Part shown: positions 12,001 to 26,080 of the stretch, piece after piece | How the letters are laid out: every line of letters starts with the position of its first letter | Position numbering within the stretch: position 1 is the stretch's first letter | Program-made: the position numbers and the translations under genes | NCBI RefSeq assembly: GCF_018350175.1 | Contig: NC_058368.1 | Span: forward strand, 25,236,001-25,300,000 | Length of the DNA stretch: 64,000 bases | DNA from: Felis catus | Taxonomy: Eukaryota | Direction: 5' to 3' | Notes under the pieces: generated by a model | Told to the model about the DNA's origin: nothing | Database searches by the model: none | The model's input: the letters and a program-made list of their open reading frames with translations, nothing else

Positions 12001-14214
12001 AAACAGCAAATCCTGCTAAGCTCAAAATAGTTCTGGGAAAAGACCAGTTGGGTGAGCCCAAGGGAAGGGAAGTCTTGATAGCCTTATTAATGGAGCTAAA
12101 TTCAGGGCTTAGAGTTCCCCCAGGAGAGGCTGCAGACATTTCCATTCTGTTATTTTAACAGAAATTAAAAGCGCACATCAGTAAAACAAGGAAGAATAAA
12201 CGTATCACCTTCCTAAGAGGCCATGTTGTAATGCCAAGTCGATTTCCAGAGCTCTGCTCCATAGCCACCCCACCCCCACCCCCATTTCTGCCCTCGTGGT
12301 CCCTCCCAGGGGTCCTGTCAGAGTCGGGGTGACTCTACTGCCAATGTTCATCGGGCTAAGAGTGGGATCCACAGAACTCAGTCAGCAGGGGGGTTAGGGA
12401 CCTGGGTGTCCCTGGGGACAATGCTCGCCACAGTCAGCTGTCACCAGGAACGACGCAGGCGCCTCGGCAGTGCCCCGCGCACACACCGCCATTCCCCCCT
12501 TTGTGGGCCCCCACGGCCCCCCAACCCCGGTCTGAATCCTGGCCTGGGCGCTCCCCCAGCCTACTGTCGCTTCTGTCTGTCAGCTCTGTCCTGCTCAGGT
12601 CCCGCCTTCTCATCAGCCTCATTCGCCCACCTTCCTGCACTCTGTTCTCCAGGACGTGTGTGGCACCCTCGCTCTTCAGGGTCCTTGTGCTACTGCCTCT
12701 GCCCAGAATGCTCTCCCTCCCGCTCACCACCCACCTCTATCTGGGTAACTCTCCTTCCCGGGCCTCGGGGTGGGGGCGTTCTTTCTTGACACCCCCGCTT
12801 TAACGCAAGGCCCGCCCTGCTTTAAATCCCTCTGCTGCATGATACTCATCACGCTCGCAGTACCTTGTTTTGTGTCTCCTCCCAGATCCGCGTCTGTTCA
12901 TAGCGTCCCCGGGGCCCAACACAGGGTCTGGCACTGGAGAGAAAAGTCAATCACTATTTGTTGAATCCAAACGAGCTGCCTGCCTGGGTGGGTCTGTATA
13001 TTTCATGTGAATGTCTACTACTGCCGGACACTGTTCCCCAAGTGCTGGAAGAGAGCCCTGAACAAGGAGGCAGAATCTCTGTTGTCAAGGGCCTCACGTT
13101 ATTACAGTGGAAGGAGACACATTTTAAGAAGACATAAACGCGTATCAGAGGGACGTGATCGCTTCCAACGATGATGCTTTTGAAACAGATAAAATCCTCC
13201 CGCTCTTCGTTAATCTGTGTCGGTTGTCAAAGTTACATAAGACCCAATTCCCTTGAAGCCCATGGTCCCCCAACAAGGGGGGTCACGAAGTTAGGGTGAC
13301 TGTAGCTGGGAGGAAGTAAGACCGATGGCTTTTGGCTCGACAGTCAGGGTGTCTGCCCCTCCCCCATGCCGGACTCCTCTCCTGTCAGCTCTGCATCTGT
13401 ATCATAGCTCCAGCCAGCTGCTCTTGGATTCCAGTTATTCACAAATGTCTCCGTCTCCATGTCTTAACAGCAAGGCAAGGACCACCACTTCCTCAACCCC
13501 TGCACGAGGCCCAACGTATAGCAGGAGCTCAATAAGTGTCCTTTTGCTACTTTTGACAAAGCTGAATGTGAAGGCTAGCTTGCCAAAAGGCAAGTCCCGA
13601 GAAATACAGAGAGCGAAGAGCCACGCAACTTTTGCAAACCCGGAAAAGCTAATTCCCCGTGAGTCACCGCCTGGCCTTTCTGACGCTGGGTCCCGGTCAG
13701 CAGATTGGAGGATTGGCGGGTGTGACACCGGTGCAATTGTGTTGTCACTCAACTATCCTAGCTCTTTGGTTCACGGTGCTCCCTGTCCGTGCTTACCCCC
13801 AGACGCACCACCCATGCTGACAATAACTCCCTCCAGGGCCTATCAGGGGCGTGCTCCCTACTCACGCAGGTTTGGGAACGCCGCAGTCACCACAGAATCT
13901 GGTAACGGTGGCTCTACACACGCTATCACCATGCCTCTATAAGTCACAGTCAAGCCTGACGGACTGGGGACATCCAGAACGTGAGGCAAAGCAGGAGCAT
14001 CTGGAAAGCCTAGAGTAGGAGAGGGACTTTGCAAGCATGCGCGGAATCAGGTTGTCCTATTTCTCCGCCCCATGGCGGGAGGGGGTTGCCAGAGAGAAAG
14101 GAGAGGGAGGAACAGTGCCCACTATTAACACTCCGAGCCGGCAGGGGCACGACAGTCTAGATGGAAGAGGGGGAGACCTGAGGAAGGAGAGGCGGAGTTG
14201 AGAATTAGACCAGA

Positions 14215-14375
14215 TCAGCGCTCTCAAACCTTAGGGTACCTGGGAATCACCTGCGGAGTCTTGGAAAAATTCAGGCTCGACTCCACAGGGCTGGGTGGGG
14301 TCTCAGATTCTGTGCTCCTGGCAAGGCCTCAGGGACAGCCATGCTGCTGGACGCCAGGCCACACACCGTGTAATA
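14215..14375. mobile_element. MER5A-like fossil
   Basis: ctctcaaac...gaatcacctg...ggtggggtctcagattctg. Confidence 0.5.
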
Positions 14376-16105
14376 AAGGAGGAGATGATCTCCAAGACCC
14401 CCTTCGACACGGGCTCAGCCTATGATCCTCTGTAGGGCTGGGCCTCGGTGAGCTCCTTGCCTCGTGCAGGCTGGGAAGAAGAGTCAATACTCCGTATGAC
14501 CCTAAGCCCAGAAAGCCCGGGAGCTTCTAGTGCCATAGAAGCAGCAGAGAACAGCTTCTGGGCCTCCGCCACGCTAACGCTGAAGCATCACTGACTGCGC
14601 ACTGAGCACCGGGCTTTCCACTTTACCCGTACAAAGCACGGGGTAGCAACGCATTACCTACAAAACGGCCACCCCTGTTAGTCCCACATCACAGCTGCAG
14701 AAACTGAGGCTCACGTAGGGAGGCTTAAGGATTTTGCCCAGTCGCCCAGTTTGAAAACGGCCAAACTAGACTTTGAAAGCAGTAGGGCTGGACGCTGAGC
14801 CACAGCTCGTAAGCACGTTGCCTTGGCCGGGTGACGGGAGCTTACGTGAGGATTCCATCTCCTCCCGGCTGCGTTCTCTCGGGCAAACAGTAAGGACATG
14901 ATAACAGAGTCTATTATTATGACCATTAAATTGTTAAGACCGTGAGGCAGGAAACGCTTGGGATGTAGAAAGTGGGAGGACGAAGGGAGGATTACAGGGC
15001 GGCTGCTGAACCTCCTGGCCAGAATTAAACCTCTGCTCGTGGAAAGCCCTGGACGGGGAAGCACTGCCCTGCCCCCGCCCCGTTCTCTGGCCCTGAATCT
15101 GTTATTCCTCCTCCTCAAGCCTCAGCCGCCCCCGGGGAAACAACACGTGGGGCAAAGGGTGACCTCAACCTCAGAGCCATCATTTCGATCGCCTGCATCA
15201 ACAAGGGATGGGACATGGGCCACCCGGGCCAGGCTCCTCAGGGCAGGCCGCAGTGGGTTAGAGAAGCTGGCACAGGGCCAGGGGTAGGGTGAGGACAGCG
15301 AGGCATTTGTCGCGACCGGCGCAACAAACACCGAGGTCAGGGTCCTGAGGGTAGGGGAATGCAAGAAAAAAGAGAGAAGAGAAAGTTTGGGAACAGGAGG
15401 GTCCCCCGGGCTGATGGCCCAAGTGACGGCTTTATTGTTGCTGTACACAATCTTTTATAACCAGACTCTTATGGGTTAGGTCATTCTAAGAATAAACAGG
15501 TTTCACATAATTGCTGCCAACCAAAACATTTAGTTCTGTGTTTCTTGTGCATTTTCTAGACGGGTCACAAGACCTTGCTGATAAGATTGCTAGCAAAGCA
15601 CAATTCCCATGTTTGTTTCTATCTGACTAGGGGTAGAAAAAGGGAGGCAGCATTACTGCCAACACCTGCAGACCACAGGCTTCAGGAATTAACTTTCTCG
15701 GCCTTGACAAGGCTTTCGTATGCCCTTGAAAGTGGGGGAATGGGAGGGGGAACCACCGGGTTGGCTTGAGTCAACGGGGAACATTGCTCGACCCGGTGTC
15801 AGCCTGGCACCGGGGCCCGGCCCCCCCACAGGCATTCTCTTCAGGTGTAAGATTGAAGGGGCCCCAAAGTCAAGGATGAAAATAAATGTTTTCTGGCAAT
15901 ATTTTTTAAAAGATGGGTGCCAACAAATCCAGAATTGTAAATAAAGACCAGATCTGACCCTGTACTCGGCACAACCCTGAGGGTGAGCTTCTCACCTGAT
16001 CCAGCCTTGGTGAGCTGGCCATGGATAAGAGACTTCGTCCCCCGTATTTGGTATAGGGACAAAGTGAGGAGATGTGCTTCCCACCCTTCGGGAACTTACA
16101 CGTTT

Positions 16106-16106
<1 letters not shown>

Positions 16107-16144
<38 letters not shown>
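16107..16144 (+). repeat. Poly-C homopolymer, 38 nt
   Basis: Read directly. Confidence 0.95.
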
Positions 16145-16145
<1 letters not shown>

Positions 16146-16169
16146 TCAAACAAGGAAGCAGTCGTTAAC

Positions 16170-16680
16170 AATACACTTGCTTGCTGGGCCAAAAGAAGTT
16201 GGAACGATATTTACGGCGAATAAAATGTCAGTATTGGTCAAACCCTTCAAGCCGGCGTATACGCTTTAATTTGGCAATCTCACTTCTAGGAACATATCTT
16301 AAGGCAATAATAACAGATGTGCACAGACACATTCATCACGGCACAGTTTACGTGAGAGAAATTTTAGACACCACTTAAATGGCCAAAAATATAGGAGTTG
16401 TTTTTGAACACAAGATACCTCTTTAAATAAACTACTATTCTGTCATTTAAAATGACACTGTTAGAAAAATTGTCACTGGCATGAGAAACTGCTCACGACA
16501 CACTGTCAAGTGACAAAAGTAACGGAGTGTGTAACCATGAAAATCATCGCTAAGAAGCTAAAAATCATCGCTAAGAAGCTAAAAATGATTACCTTTCGGG
16601 GCGGTGGGATTAGATGTTACTTTACGTTATATTCTTTATTATCAACGGTTTCTAAAACGAGCTGCTCTTAGAATTAGATT
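16170..16680 (+). mobile_element. Ancient L1 (L1ME-like) 3' fragment
   Basis: gcaatctcacttctaggaacatatcttaagg and neighbouring motifs. Confidence 0.5.
16540..16586 (+). repeat. Tandem duplication, 21-bp unit x2
   Basis: aaaatcatcgctaagaagcta occurs twice. Confidence 0.95.
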
Positions 16681-16691
16681 TTTGGTATGTA

Positions 16692-16908
16692 TTTTTTTTA
16701 ATTTTTTTTTTAATATTTATTTATTTCTGAGACAGAGAGAGCATGAGTGGGGGAGGGGCAGAAAGCGAGGGAGACACAGAATCCGAAGCAGGCTCCGGCC
16801 TCTGAGCGGTCAGCACAGAGCCCGATGCGGGGCTCGAACTCACAAACCGTGAGATCATGACCTGAGCCGAAGTCGGTCACTCAACCGACTGAGCCACCCA
16901 GGCGCCCC
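16692..16908 (-). mobile_element. Can-SINE
   Basis: Typical head, GA tract and poly-T. Confidence 0.92.
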
Positions 16909-19136
16909 TGCATAGTATATATTTTTAAGGAGGAAGGGCCTATTTACAGACAAGTAGAGCCTTAAGAGGAAGGACATGTATGCAGAATGCTGTCCTCAGG
17001 GGTGTGCTGGCCTGAGAGAAGGGAGGAGGGCATTCCAGGAAAGGCCATGGGCACTGGTGAAGGGGGGGAGGGGGTAGAACAGGAGAAATGCCCATCTAAG
17101 TATGGCGTCCCCAACCGCACTCATGGCCAACGGACAGGGGAGCACCCAGGAGTCGAGCCCGAAACAGCTGACCACACAGCTGCCAATTCCAAAAAGCCCT
17201 GATAATTCTTGCACACAAAGGATCCAGTGACCTGCTCCATCAGAGGTGGAAGGAGCCACGGGCATCCTTCAGAGGCCGTGATGAAAGTTCCAGCAGTTCC
17301 TCTGATTAAAACTGCAAATCCGCAGCCCTCCACCTAATCCCTCGGTGAAAAGCAAAGATTAGCCCAAGTCGCAGCCCTGATAACTTCTTCTATTCCCTTT
17401 AAGTTGCACATAAAATTTCAGGCATCTCCCTGGAGACCCCAGGCTGGGCTACTGCCATTGCTCTCCCACTAATTGGAAAACTATAATAAGAAAGTAAACA
17501 TTGCCGATTCCGTAATAACCTGAATAATAGATCAGCCTGCCTTGTGCTCCCTGATTACTCCATCCGTTCACTAAATATACTTGTATGGCTTGAAAGGATG
17601 AATGATGGGGGCTATTGTAAGCCCTTGATGTCACTGCATTTTTCATTATATTAAAACAATAACATCTGTACTGGGAGAGATCATTTGGTCCAGAAAACCT
17701 TTGGGCTCCTGCAGGCTGGGATGGAGGCTTTGCAAATTTGAGTGACTCCCTTTGGGGACATAAAGGCATGCCGCTTTCCTCGCCCACAACCGAATCATTA
17801 AACCACAGCAGGAGGCGGCATGGACACGGGCGCCTCGGTGAGGCGATGGCTTTTTCCTCTCTTTTTGTTCCGAGCCATTTCATATCTGGCGTCTGCGGCG
17901 TGATCGGAGAGGCTATGGCTGTGTGAGGCAGAGGAGGTGGGGGCGGGGGGGTTGGAGTACCTCGAAGCAGGAGGGGAAGATGCCCCCCAACCCGGGCACG
18001 GAGTCCGGAGAGCTGTGTCGTGGCCGCAGCCTGCCTGCCGTAGACCCATCTGTTGCAGGCACGCCACTGAAAAACTGCATTCCCAGCCCTGGGGGGCCCT
18101 TATCGCTCAAATGACAACGCAGGGGCCCAAGGACCCCTAGTGCAGAATCCACTTATTTCCTAACTGACATCTTCCTAGAACTGCTACTTTGACTGCTGAG
18201 TTCTATCGAGGTGGTTCTACAGAGGTGCGGGAGTGAGACAGGGCTGGGCCGAACACTGTGTAAGGATGTTGACTCTAGTTCGGTCATTCTACATTGCTTT
18301 TCTTGCGTTAAGCGCACAGAGGTATTAACGCATTCCAGGGCTATTAAAATGGTGGGCAATATTAATGGAAATATGATAGAGTGATATGCTTTTAAAAGTG
18401 TCCGATTTAATACACCCGGGAAAGGCATTAATGAAATTTTAATGAGAAGTCAGACTGCAGTAATTTTAAAAGTAATGATTATCTTTATTCCGAAAAGCGT
18501 TTCTGAAGAGCCGTCTCCGCAGTGATGCACGCAGTCACAGAGGTATATTATTACTAAAAGAACCGGGCCACAAATAGGCCACAACGGTTATTTTTGCATA
18601 AGAGCGGCAGAGGGGTTAACTGGGAAGCTAAGGCTTTGCACAAAGGCATCCGTTTTTTTAACGCGTTCTTAGTTTGAGGCAAAATTACAGGGGCACTTAC
18701 CCGTGTAACACAAGAGGAGGCCTCTGACAAATGGAAAGCCAATTTCCATGGCGTGGGACACCGCAGATGACACCGTGTCCCTTGACCTGGACTAAGCCCC
18801 GGACAGTGAACCACAGTGGAACCACAGGGAATGATCAGGCCCAGGAATAAAGCACGAGACGCCTGGCAAGGCGTGCATTTGCCTACAGGCAAGAAAGAAG
18901 AAACGCTGAAGGTTGAAGCAGAGTGGCAGGAGGACAGGAGGAGGACGCTGCTGGACGGGTGCATGGTGGCCCTTGGCACGGCCCCTCCTTTGGCCTAATC
19001 CCCAGGCCACCCCATTTTGTAAAACCCTGCCTGGTGGGGCCGCACAAAATTTTTAGAAAGACGTTTTCCCAAATGCAGGAGAGTTTGCCTTTATACCACA
19101 ATGCTACCTGAGCTTATTAGAGCAGTGGTTCCCAAG

Positions 19137-19372
19137 TTTTATTTTTCTTAAAGCTTATATGTCTTATTTATTTTGAGAGAGAGAGAGATGGGGAGAGTGA
19201 AAGACAGAGAGAATCCCAAGCAGGCTCCGCGCTGTCAGCACGGTCTCAGACACAGGGCTCGATCCCTACGAGATCCGTGAGATCTCAGAAGATCCGTGAG
19301 AAACCAAACCGTGAGATCAGGACCTGAGCTGAAATCAAGAGCCACTCAACCGACTGCGCCGCCCAGGTGCCC
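19137..19372 (-). mobile_element. Can-SINE with an internal templated-looking duplication, inside a MER5-like element
   Basis: SINE motifs present; ccgtgaga occurs three times internally. Confidence 0.85.
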
Positions 19373-19539
19373 TAGAAGTTCACGAGTTTTAACGGGCGTA
19401 TGAATCACCTGTGGATCTTGTTAAAACACAAATTCTGATCAGATTTGTCCGGGGTGTGGCCCGAGATTCTTGCAACACTAACAAGTTCATAGGTGATATG
19501 GTTGTTCCTGGTCCTATGCACCTTACTTTGAGAAACACG

Positions 19540-19750
19540 ATAAGGTGACCATGAGCTAGGTGCTGTTATAGGTGCTTTACGCACAGTGTTTGCTTGTTAC
19601 AACAAACCGCTTAGGTAGGTACCATCCCTTGTCTCCCCTTTTGTAGACAGAGAAACAGAGAGGGTATGTAACTAGCCTAAGGTCACACAGCCAATAAGGA
19701 ATAGAGCCAGGATTTGACCCTTGGCAGTTAAGTGCCAGAGTCTGGATCTC
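19540..19750 (-). mobile_element. MIR
   Basis: ttgtagacagagaaacagag...cctaaggtcacacagc...agagccaggatttgaccc. Confidence 0.7.
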
Positions 19751-20339
19751 TTTGACAGCTGACTTCTAAAAATCAGGTTCAATTCTTAGAACTATAACTC
19801 TTTGTACACCCCTAGCCACTATGAAGCCATACCTACAGGTTCAGATTTCTGCTTGCATACACTTCTTAACACATTATTTATTGAACGACACTTCTGGAGC
19901 AACTATTTTGACCCAGACCCTGTGCTAAGCTCTAAGCTCGTGGAGACCAGGCCCTGCTTAACAGAGCTGGGGCAAACGGGTGAGACCCTGGGACAAGCGA
20001 GCTGAAAGCTCTAACACAGAGTGCCCACCCTGGGACCACGGGATGCATTGGCCCTACTCACACTTCCAATACGGACACAGCCAGGAGATTGTTTTCTTTT
20101 TCCTAAGGTGGGAGGGAAGGGAAGAAAAGGGAAGCTAGGATTTTTTTCAAATGCCTACTACCTGATAAGCCTTGCACATCTATTACCTCATTTAACCCTT
20201 ACATCAACCTGAAACACAGGTGATATTTTCCCCACTCGAAAGCTGCATCAGACCCCGTCCAATGTCACAGAACTGGCCACATAGGAGCCAACATTCGAAC
20301 TCACCTATAACTGATTTCCAAAACTGGTATCTTCCTCAT

Positions 20340-20850
20340 ATGCTGCTGTTCCGATTAGGTATGGCTACAGAACGACCCCAAAATTTAGTGGCACAAAACA
20401 GCACCTATCTGATTGTGCTTGAGGGGTCTATAGGCCAGAAATTGGGAGAGGGCACAGCTGCTCCACGATGCCTGCAGAACCCCATCTTGAAGAAGCTTCT
20501 TTACTCACGGGTCTGGTGTGTGGGTCAGGAAGGCGTAAGGATGAGATTGCTCAGCTGGGATTGTCAATTGGAGTCTCTCCCTGTGGCCTCTCCAGCGCGA
20601 CAGCCTCAGCATGGTCAGACTCTTTACATGGTGGATTGGGGCTCCAAGAGCGAGTGTTTCCACAAAAAAAGGTGGAGGCGGCATGACATTTGATGACCTA
20701 ACTTTGGAAGTCACGTAGCATCACTTCACCTTTCCCTGTTGGTATGTCGTAATCACAGAACCCACCCGGACTGAAGGACGTTGACCCCAACCTCCCAACG
20801 CAAGACGTGTCAAAGAACCTGTGACCACATTTTAAAATCGCCACTCTCAC
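20340..20850 (-). mobile_element. MaLR (MLT1-type) LTR
   Basis: ccccaaaatttagtggc...tggaagtcacgtagcatcacttc. Confidence 0.6.
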
Positions 20851-21769
20851 CCAGACGAACCACCCTCATGTGCGGTCCTGGCCTTGGGGACCCACACGGA
20901 AGCCTTTTGATAACTCAACCCATGAGGACCTCAACCAATACAACACAGGTTTACTCGGGTGAGTTGCTGAGTGGAAGATAGCAGTAGGGTGAGTAGGGTG
21001 AGTAGGGTGAGCTCACCTCCACCCCACCTGTGGGAGTGTCCCCAGGACCATATTGGTAAGGAATCATGGAACTGACAAGACCCATTAACACCAGTGCTGC
21101 TGTTGAATGCTAACAGAGGGTATTGCTAAGGAGCAGAAATGGCTTTTGACCTATCCACACCTTTCTTGGATCCGCCTCCTCCCCACAGGCGGCAGCAGCT
21201 CCTAGATCAAATGCAACGGGATGAAGCTTCCGCTTCAGGCTCACAGAAGCCAGTGTCCTCATAAAAGCCTTGGTTCCCAAGGGGCACTTACGGTGGGGAC
21301 CTCTGACTACCCCCCGGGGAGATGCTCTCAACCTCTGTTTAGCCTGGGGACTTCTTCCACCCTCCTCAGAACCTTACGTCACGAACCCCATAGCTTTGGA
21401 AGCCTGACAAAGAGCCAGAGGAAGCCATTCACCATTCAATATGGCCGACAGTGAGAGCACTGATAATAACTGATGGAGAGTTGATTAGACAGGGAGCCAT
21501 TTAATCAATCCGAGCAGGTGCTGCAGACCACTCAGAGTTCAATCAGAAACAAGTGACATGTGAGAAATGCCTCCTCTGCTAGTTCTCAAAAATGTGGTGC
21601 TCTTCTCTCTGTTCAATGTGGATTTACGTTGATTTTGCCTTCACCACTGTAAGTTTTTCATATTGAGGTCTTCCAACAAAATGGAGTCCGTCCTTCCTTC
21701 CTTCCTTCCTCTTTCCCCCCTTCCCTCCCTTTAGTCCTCCCTTCCCTCCTTCCCTTCCTGCTTAACAAT

Positions 21770-22680
21770 TTACTAGATAGTCTAGGCACTAGGGAAACAT
21801 TAGGGAACAAAACAGACAAAAGCCCCGCCCAGGTTTCACGCTGGTTGGGAAAATATATGACCAACAAGCACAATAATCAAGTAATGTGTACACTGTGTGG
21901 AAATGTGGCAAATGCAATGGGAAAATTAGGGCCGGGTTAGAAGATTACGTGTGCTGACGGGATGGTGAAGTTTTAAACTGAGTGGTGAGGGACAGAATCA
22001 CTGTGAAGATGGCATCTGAGCGAAGATGTGAATGAAACGGGGGAGTTCTCCACGGGGCACATTAAGAGAGAACAGCCACCTCCTGGTGAGGGGCGGGGGT
22101 GCCTGGCAGGATTGCCAAACAGCAGTGCCACTGAAGCAGACTGAGCAAGATGTGATTACAAACGAGGCCACGGAGATACGGAAGGGCCCGTACTATGGAT
22201 TTGGATTTTATTCTAGGAGAAATGGGAGAAGGAATTGTAGGGTCTGTAGCAGCAGAATCACACTATCTAACTTAACTTTCCAGAGGATTTAAATGTATAC
22301 CCTGGCAGCTATATTGAGAGTAAACCAGGGGGAGATGAGGATGGGACCAAGGGGACCATTACAGAACCGACGGGGACAGATGACGGGGGCTGAGACCAGG
22401 GAGGTAACAGCGCAGGTGCTGCGATGCGGTCAGATCCTCAACGTATCTTGAAGACAGAGCAGCATTTACTGCAGATGGGATATGGGACGTAAGAGGAAGA
22501 GCGGCATGAAAGGTGACTCCAAAGGTTTGGACCTGAGCATCTGGAAGCATGGGGCTGCCATTGCCCAAGACGGTGAAGATTGGGAGTGGAGCAGAACAGA
22601 GAGAGGGCGAGGGGTTCGGTTTCGGGTGTATGATGTTAGAGATGTCCGCTAGACAGCCAGGAGGGGATGTCAAGTAGAGA
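21770..22680 (-). mobile_element. L2 fragment
   Basis: ggatttggattttattct...aaggtgactccaaaggtttggacctgagcatctgg...gatgtcaagtag. Confidence 0.7.
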
Positions 22681-23046
22681 GCTGGAGGGTGTTAGCATTA
22701 ACTTCCGGAGTAGCTGCCTGAGAAGCAGCCATTGCTGGAGTGACGCCTGGATGGTCACAGGTGACTGCCAACAGGAGCCGATTTTCCTAAAGATATGCAG
22801 GCATTGGTCAAAATAAGATGGCAAGTCCAAGGTCAATCAATCAGTGTGCATTTGCTGGGCACCCGCCATGTGGTAGCTCTGTTCCAAGCACATGAGGGAT
22901 GCAGCAGGAGACTCAGATGCAGATGTTCCCTTCAGGGTATCTTTAACCCCCCAGCTGAAGTGACACCCGAGCTGCGCCCAAATCAATGAATTTATAGATA
23001 TCTATAGAGCACAGATGATGCGCCGGGCACAGAAGGGAACACAAAG

Positions 23047-23133
23047 GGGAACACACAGCACAGCCAAGAGAGCCATCTATAGTCAAAAGGGAACACACAA
23101 CACAGCCAAGAGAGCCATCTATAGTCAAAAGGG
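23047..23133 (+). repeat. Tandem duplication, 42-bp unit x2
   Basis: gggaacacaca(g/a)cacagccaagagagccatctatagtcaaaa occurs twice. Confidence 0.95.
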
Positions 23134-25849
23134 CAAGACAGAAGCTGTGAAAACTTAAGGGGCCATCTGTGAAATGTCACAAGAATATCAATAATGTAAA
23201 ATAAAACTAGGAAAATCCCCAGCAGACAGTCTCTTACTGAGCCCATTTCCTGGGGATGTGAGTAGAAAATGGGGAGAAGCGGATAAGTGCTTGGGTTTCA
23301 GGAAGTTCCCTGCCGACAGTTAGGCTCTGGAACATTCCTCCTCCAGTTTTCATAATCCTTAAAAGGTGTGAGGCTTCTCCTCACTGATAATGGAGTTTAG
23401 GAATCATTTCATGTGTGGACGTTCCATCGATGGTTTTCAAATGTCAGTGTTTTGGGAACTTGTAAAAATTAAGAGTCCTGGGCCACATCCCTAGGGATTT
23501 GGGTTCAGTGGGTTATTTTCGGTCAGGGGGTCCTGGGCTCTAGTGACCCATCACTGCAGCCACGACGGGAATGGGCAGGAAAACTGGCAAGCCACTCAGG
23601 ATTAGATTTGGGAAGAGGACAGGCAACAGAGGGCAGGGGGCCTTTGTTTTAGTAAAAATCTGTGATTCTTGGCGATTTACTGGTTTGCTCAGAACTCATG
23701 AGTTTCTATCCCGACCACCTATTGTTGTCAGATCTCTCACTCTAATGAAACAAGAAACAAGAAATACGGTTTAAATCTATTTTCCAGAAAACACAATGGA
23801 GTATATTCACCCAGCACTGACGCATTCTTCTCTTCAGTGATGAAGGAATAAAAAGAACCACTTCAGTTGGGCTCTCTCCCTTCTGGCTTTTGATGTACTT
23901 GGTTGGTGTAATTTTAACAATCAGGCTACTTACAGTCAATAACGTGACAATATCAGCTCCCACCCCACCCCACGCCAGCTATTTTGACATCTCTCTCCTT
24001 GAAAGGTCTTTTTACCATGTAAAAAATCTCTACTTACTGATCGCCTCAATGTGAAACACACATTGAAATATTTAACTATGGTTCTTTGAAGGGGAGCAGG
24101 TGGCAAGTTCACGTAAACATGTGTCTTCTGGGCTTCACGTACTGGACCCGAGAAGAGCCTGGTGGGTTCATTGCCACAATAATCCTCCTATGGTTCCTAA
24201 CATGTCAGCATCAGAGACAAGGTCACGGCAGCCTAGTGCTTTCCTATTTCATGCCTGTCTAAAGAGACAAACTTCGTAAGCAGTTGTTGACTCTGAGTTT
24301 TGATAGTTTACAATGGATGAGGAAACAGATCTGCCCAAGATCATAGGCTAATAAGCGGTGCCGCTAAAATCTGAACCTAGGTCTGTAGGACTTCAAAATC
24401 CATTCCCTTTCCTGTTTCCTGGTGGGAAACACACCAAGATCAACCATGTTTGCAGTTCAGCCTTTTCCCCGTAATCAGTCACACTGAGAAATAGTGACAG
24501 GTCTCATACCTCCTCTGCTCTAGGTCAATCCAGAGTCACATTTGATGGCGGGTCCCCACGTGGTAAAAAGCTGCATCTTGCACATACCAAAAACAACACA
24601 GACAGAATGAAATGATTCTATTGCATGAGAGGTAGGGATGGAGTCCCACAGAGCCCCCACCCCCCGCTGCGAACACAAAATCAGTGGACGGTACATAAAA
24701 TGTTTACAAATCTATTCTTATTCTTTACTCTTTGTAATCACAGTTTCATTCAACCTTTTAAATCACGATGACTGAAAGCTGCCCTGAAACCTTGTCTCAT
24801 CCCAGTAGTGATGACAACAGCATCACTGTTATAATCCTGGGAACTGGCAGGTGGATGGGGGGAGAACAAAAGAGGGAAGCAGAGAAAACTGGAGGGAGCA
24901 GTCGCTGAAATTAGGAAAACCACCAGCTAAATTGAGTGCTTTCTAATCTAATGCATTTAAGTCAGACTCAGGCACTGATCCCTGTTTGCTGTGCTACCAA
25001 GATTTCCACAGATTCTGATTAGTACCTTGGGAGCTTTCCAAAATCCTCTTGCTCATAGTTGTTCCGGCTGCACCATGTGGAGGTCATGAATGCTGTTTGC
25101 CAACTACGGGTTGTTCGCCCCTCTTTGGGCACATGTAAGGATTGTACTTCCAGGTCTCCTGTGGTTGGGTGAGGCCATGAGACCAGGTTGGGCCCAGGAA
25201 TTATGTGTTTCTTCCAGGCGGGACCTTTAATTGCAGGTCTTACGCACCTTCCAGGGCATTCTTTCCTATGGCATAGCCACTGCCAACTTTGAGATGGTGG
25301 CTCCTCTCTCATCCTGGGTCTTTCAACGATTTTGATGAGTCGAGACCACTTGGCAACCTGGGATAGGCGTGTAACGTGACCTACGGGCATGCATCATGCG
25401 TGAAAAACGTCTGTTCTAAAATGTTACATTATTTAATATATTATGGTTTTTACAAAGCACACTCTAGCCTATCGTAACTGATTCAGCAACCAAGCTTTTG
25501 AACCAGGAACAAGCAAGGAAACGGAGCTTTGAAATTGTAGGAAGATAAATTCCAGATTCCAGGTTGCTAAAAATTACGATTGCTAAGATTTTTGGCGCTC
25601 CATTAGACCTCTATTCCTAGAGCCGTGATAGGAAGATCCAAAAGCCCTGTGGAAGCCTATTTGAGGTTAATGACCCTCTCATGATTCTAGAAGGTATGCC
25701 TTGTAGCACCAGATATGTGCCACAACTCCCAGTAGAAATCCTCAATCGACATCAATATGGTCCAAAAAGTGAGTTAACGAGCTAAGGCAAGGAGAGTGCT
25801 GACCTCGCCACTGTGCTCCCCACCTTAACATGGTGCTGGGGCTGTGAGC

Positions 25850-26080
25850 ATGAACTTGGGCTAGACCACATGGGTTCCAGTCCCAGCTCCATCATTTACT
25901 AGCTGCATGACCTAGAGGCAAACTGCTTAATCTCTGTTGTTCTCATCTGGGAAGAGGAGATAATATACTATCTATCTCACAGGGTTGTTGTAAGGAATTA
26001 ACAAATCAGTGTGAGTAACATGGACCAATGCCTGACGCATCTTAAGTATCAGCTACTAACATTATCCATTCCTCGTTAGT
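25850..26080 (+). mobile_element. MIR
   Basis: gggttccagtcccagctccatcatttactagctg...ctcacagggttgttgtaagga. Confidence 0.7.

Noticed and set aside
13325..13942. 205-aa plus-strand ORF
   Set aside because: S/P-rich, no recognisable homology and no supporting gene structure.
16107..16144. Poly-proline/poly-glycine ORFs over long C runs (also about 31960 and 57990)
   Set aside because: Homopolymer artefacts whose length may be unreliable.
20983..21011. (AGTAGGGTG)x3 telomere- or G-quadruplex-like repeat
   Set aside because: Only three G-tracts and not TTAGGG; an ordinary short tandem repeat.
23047..23133. Direct repeats of CRISPR-like length
   Set aside because: Two adjacent copies without spacers in a mammalian genome; a simple tandem duplication.
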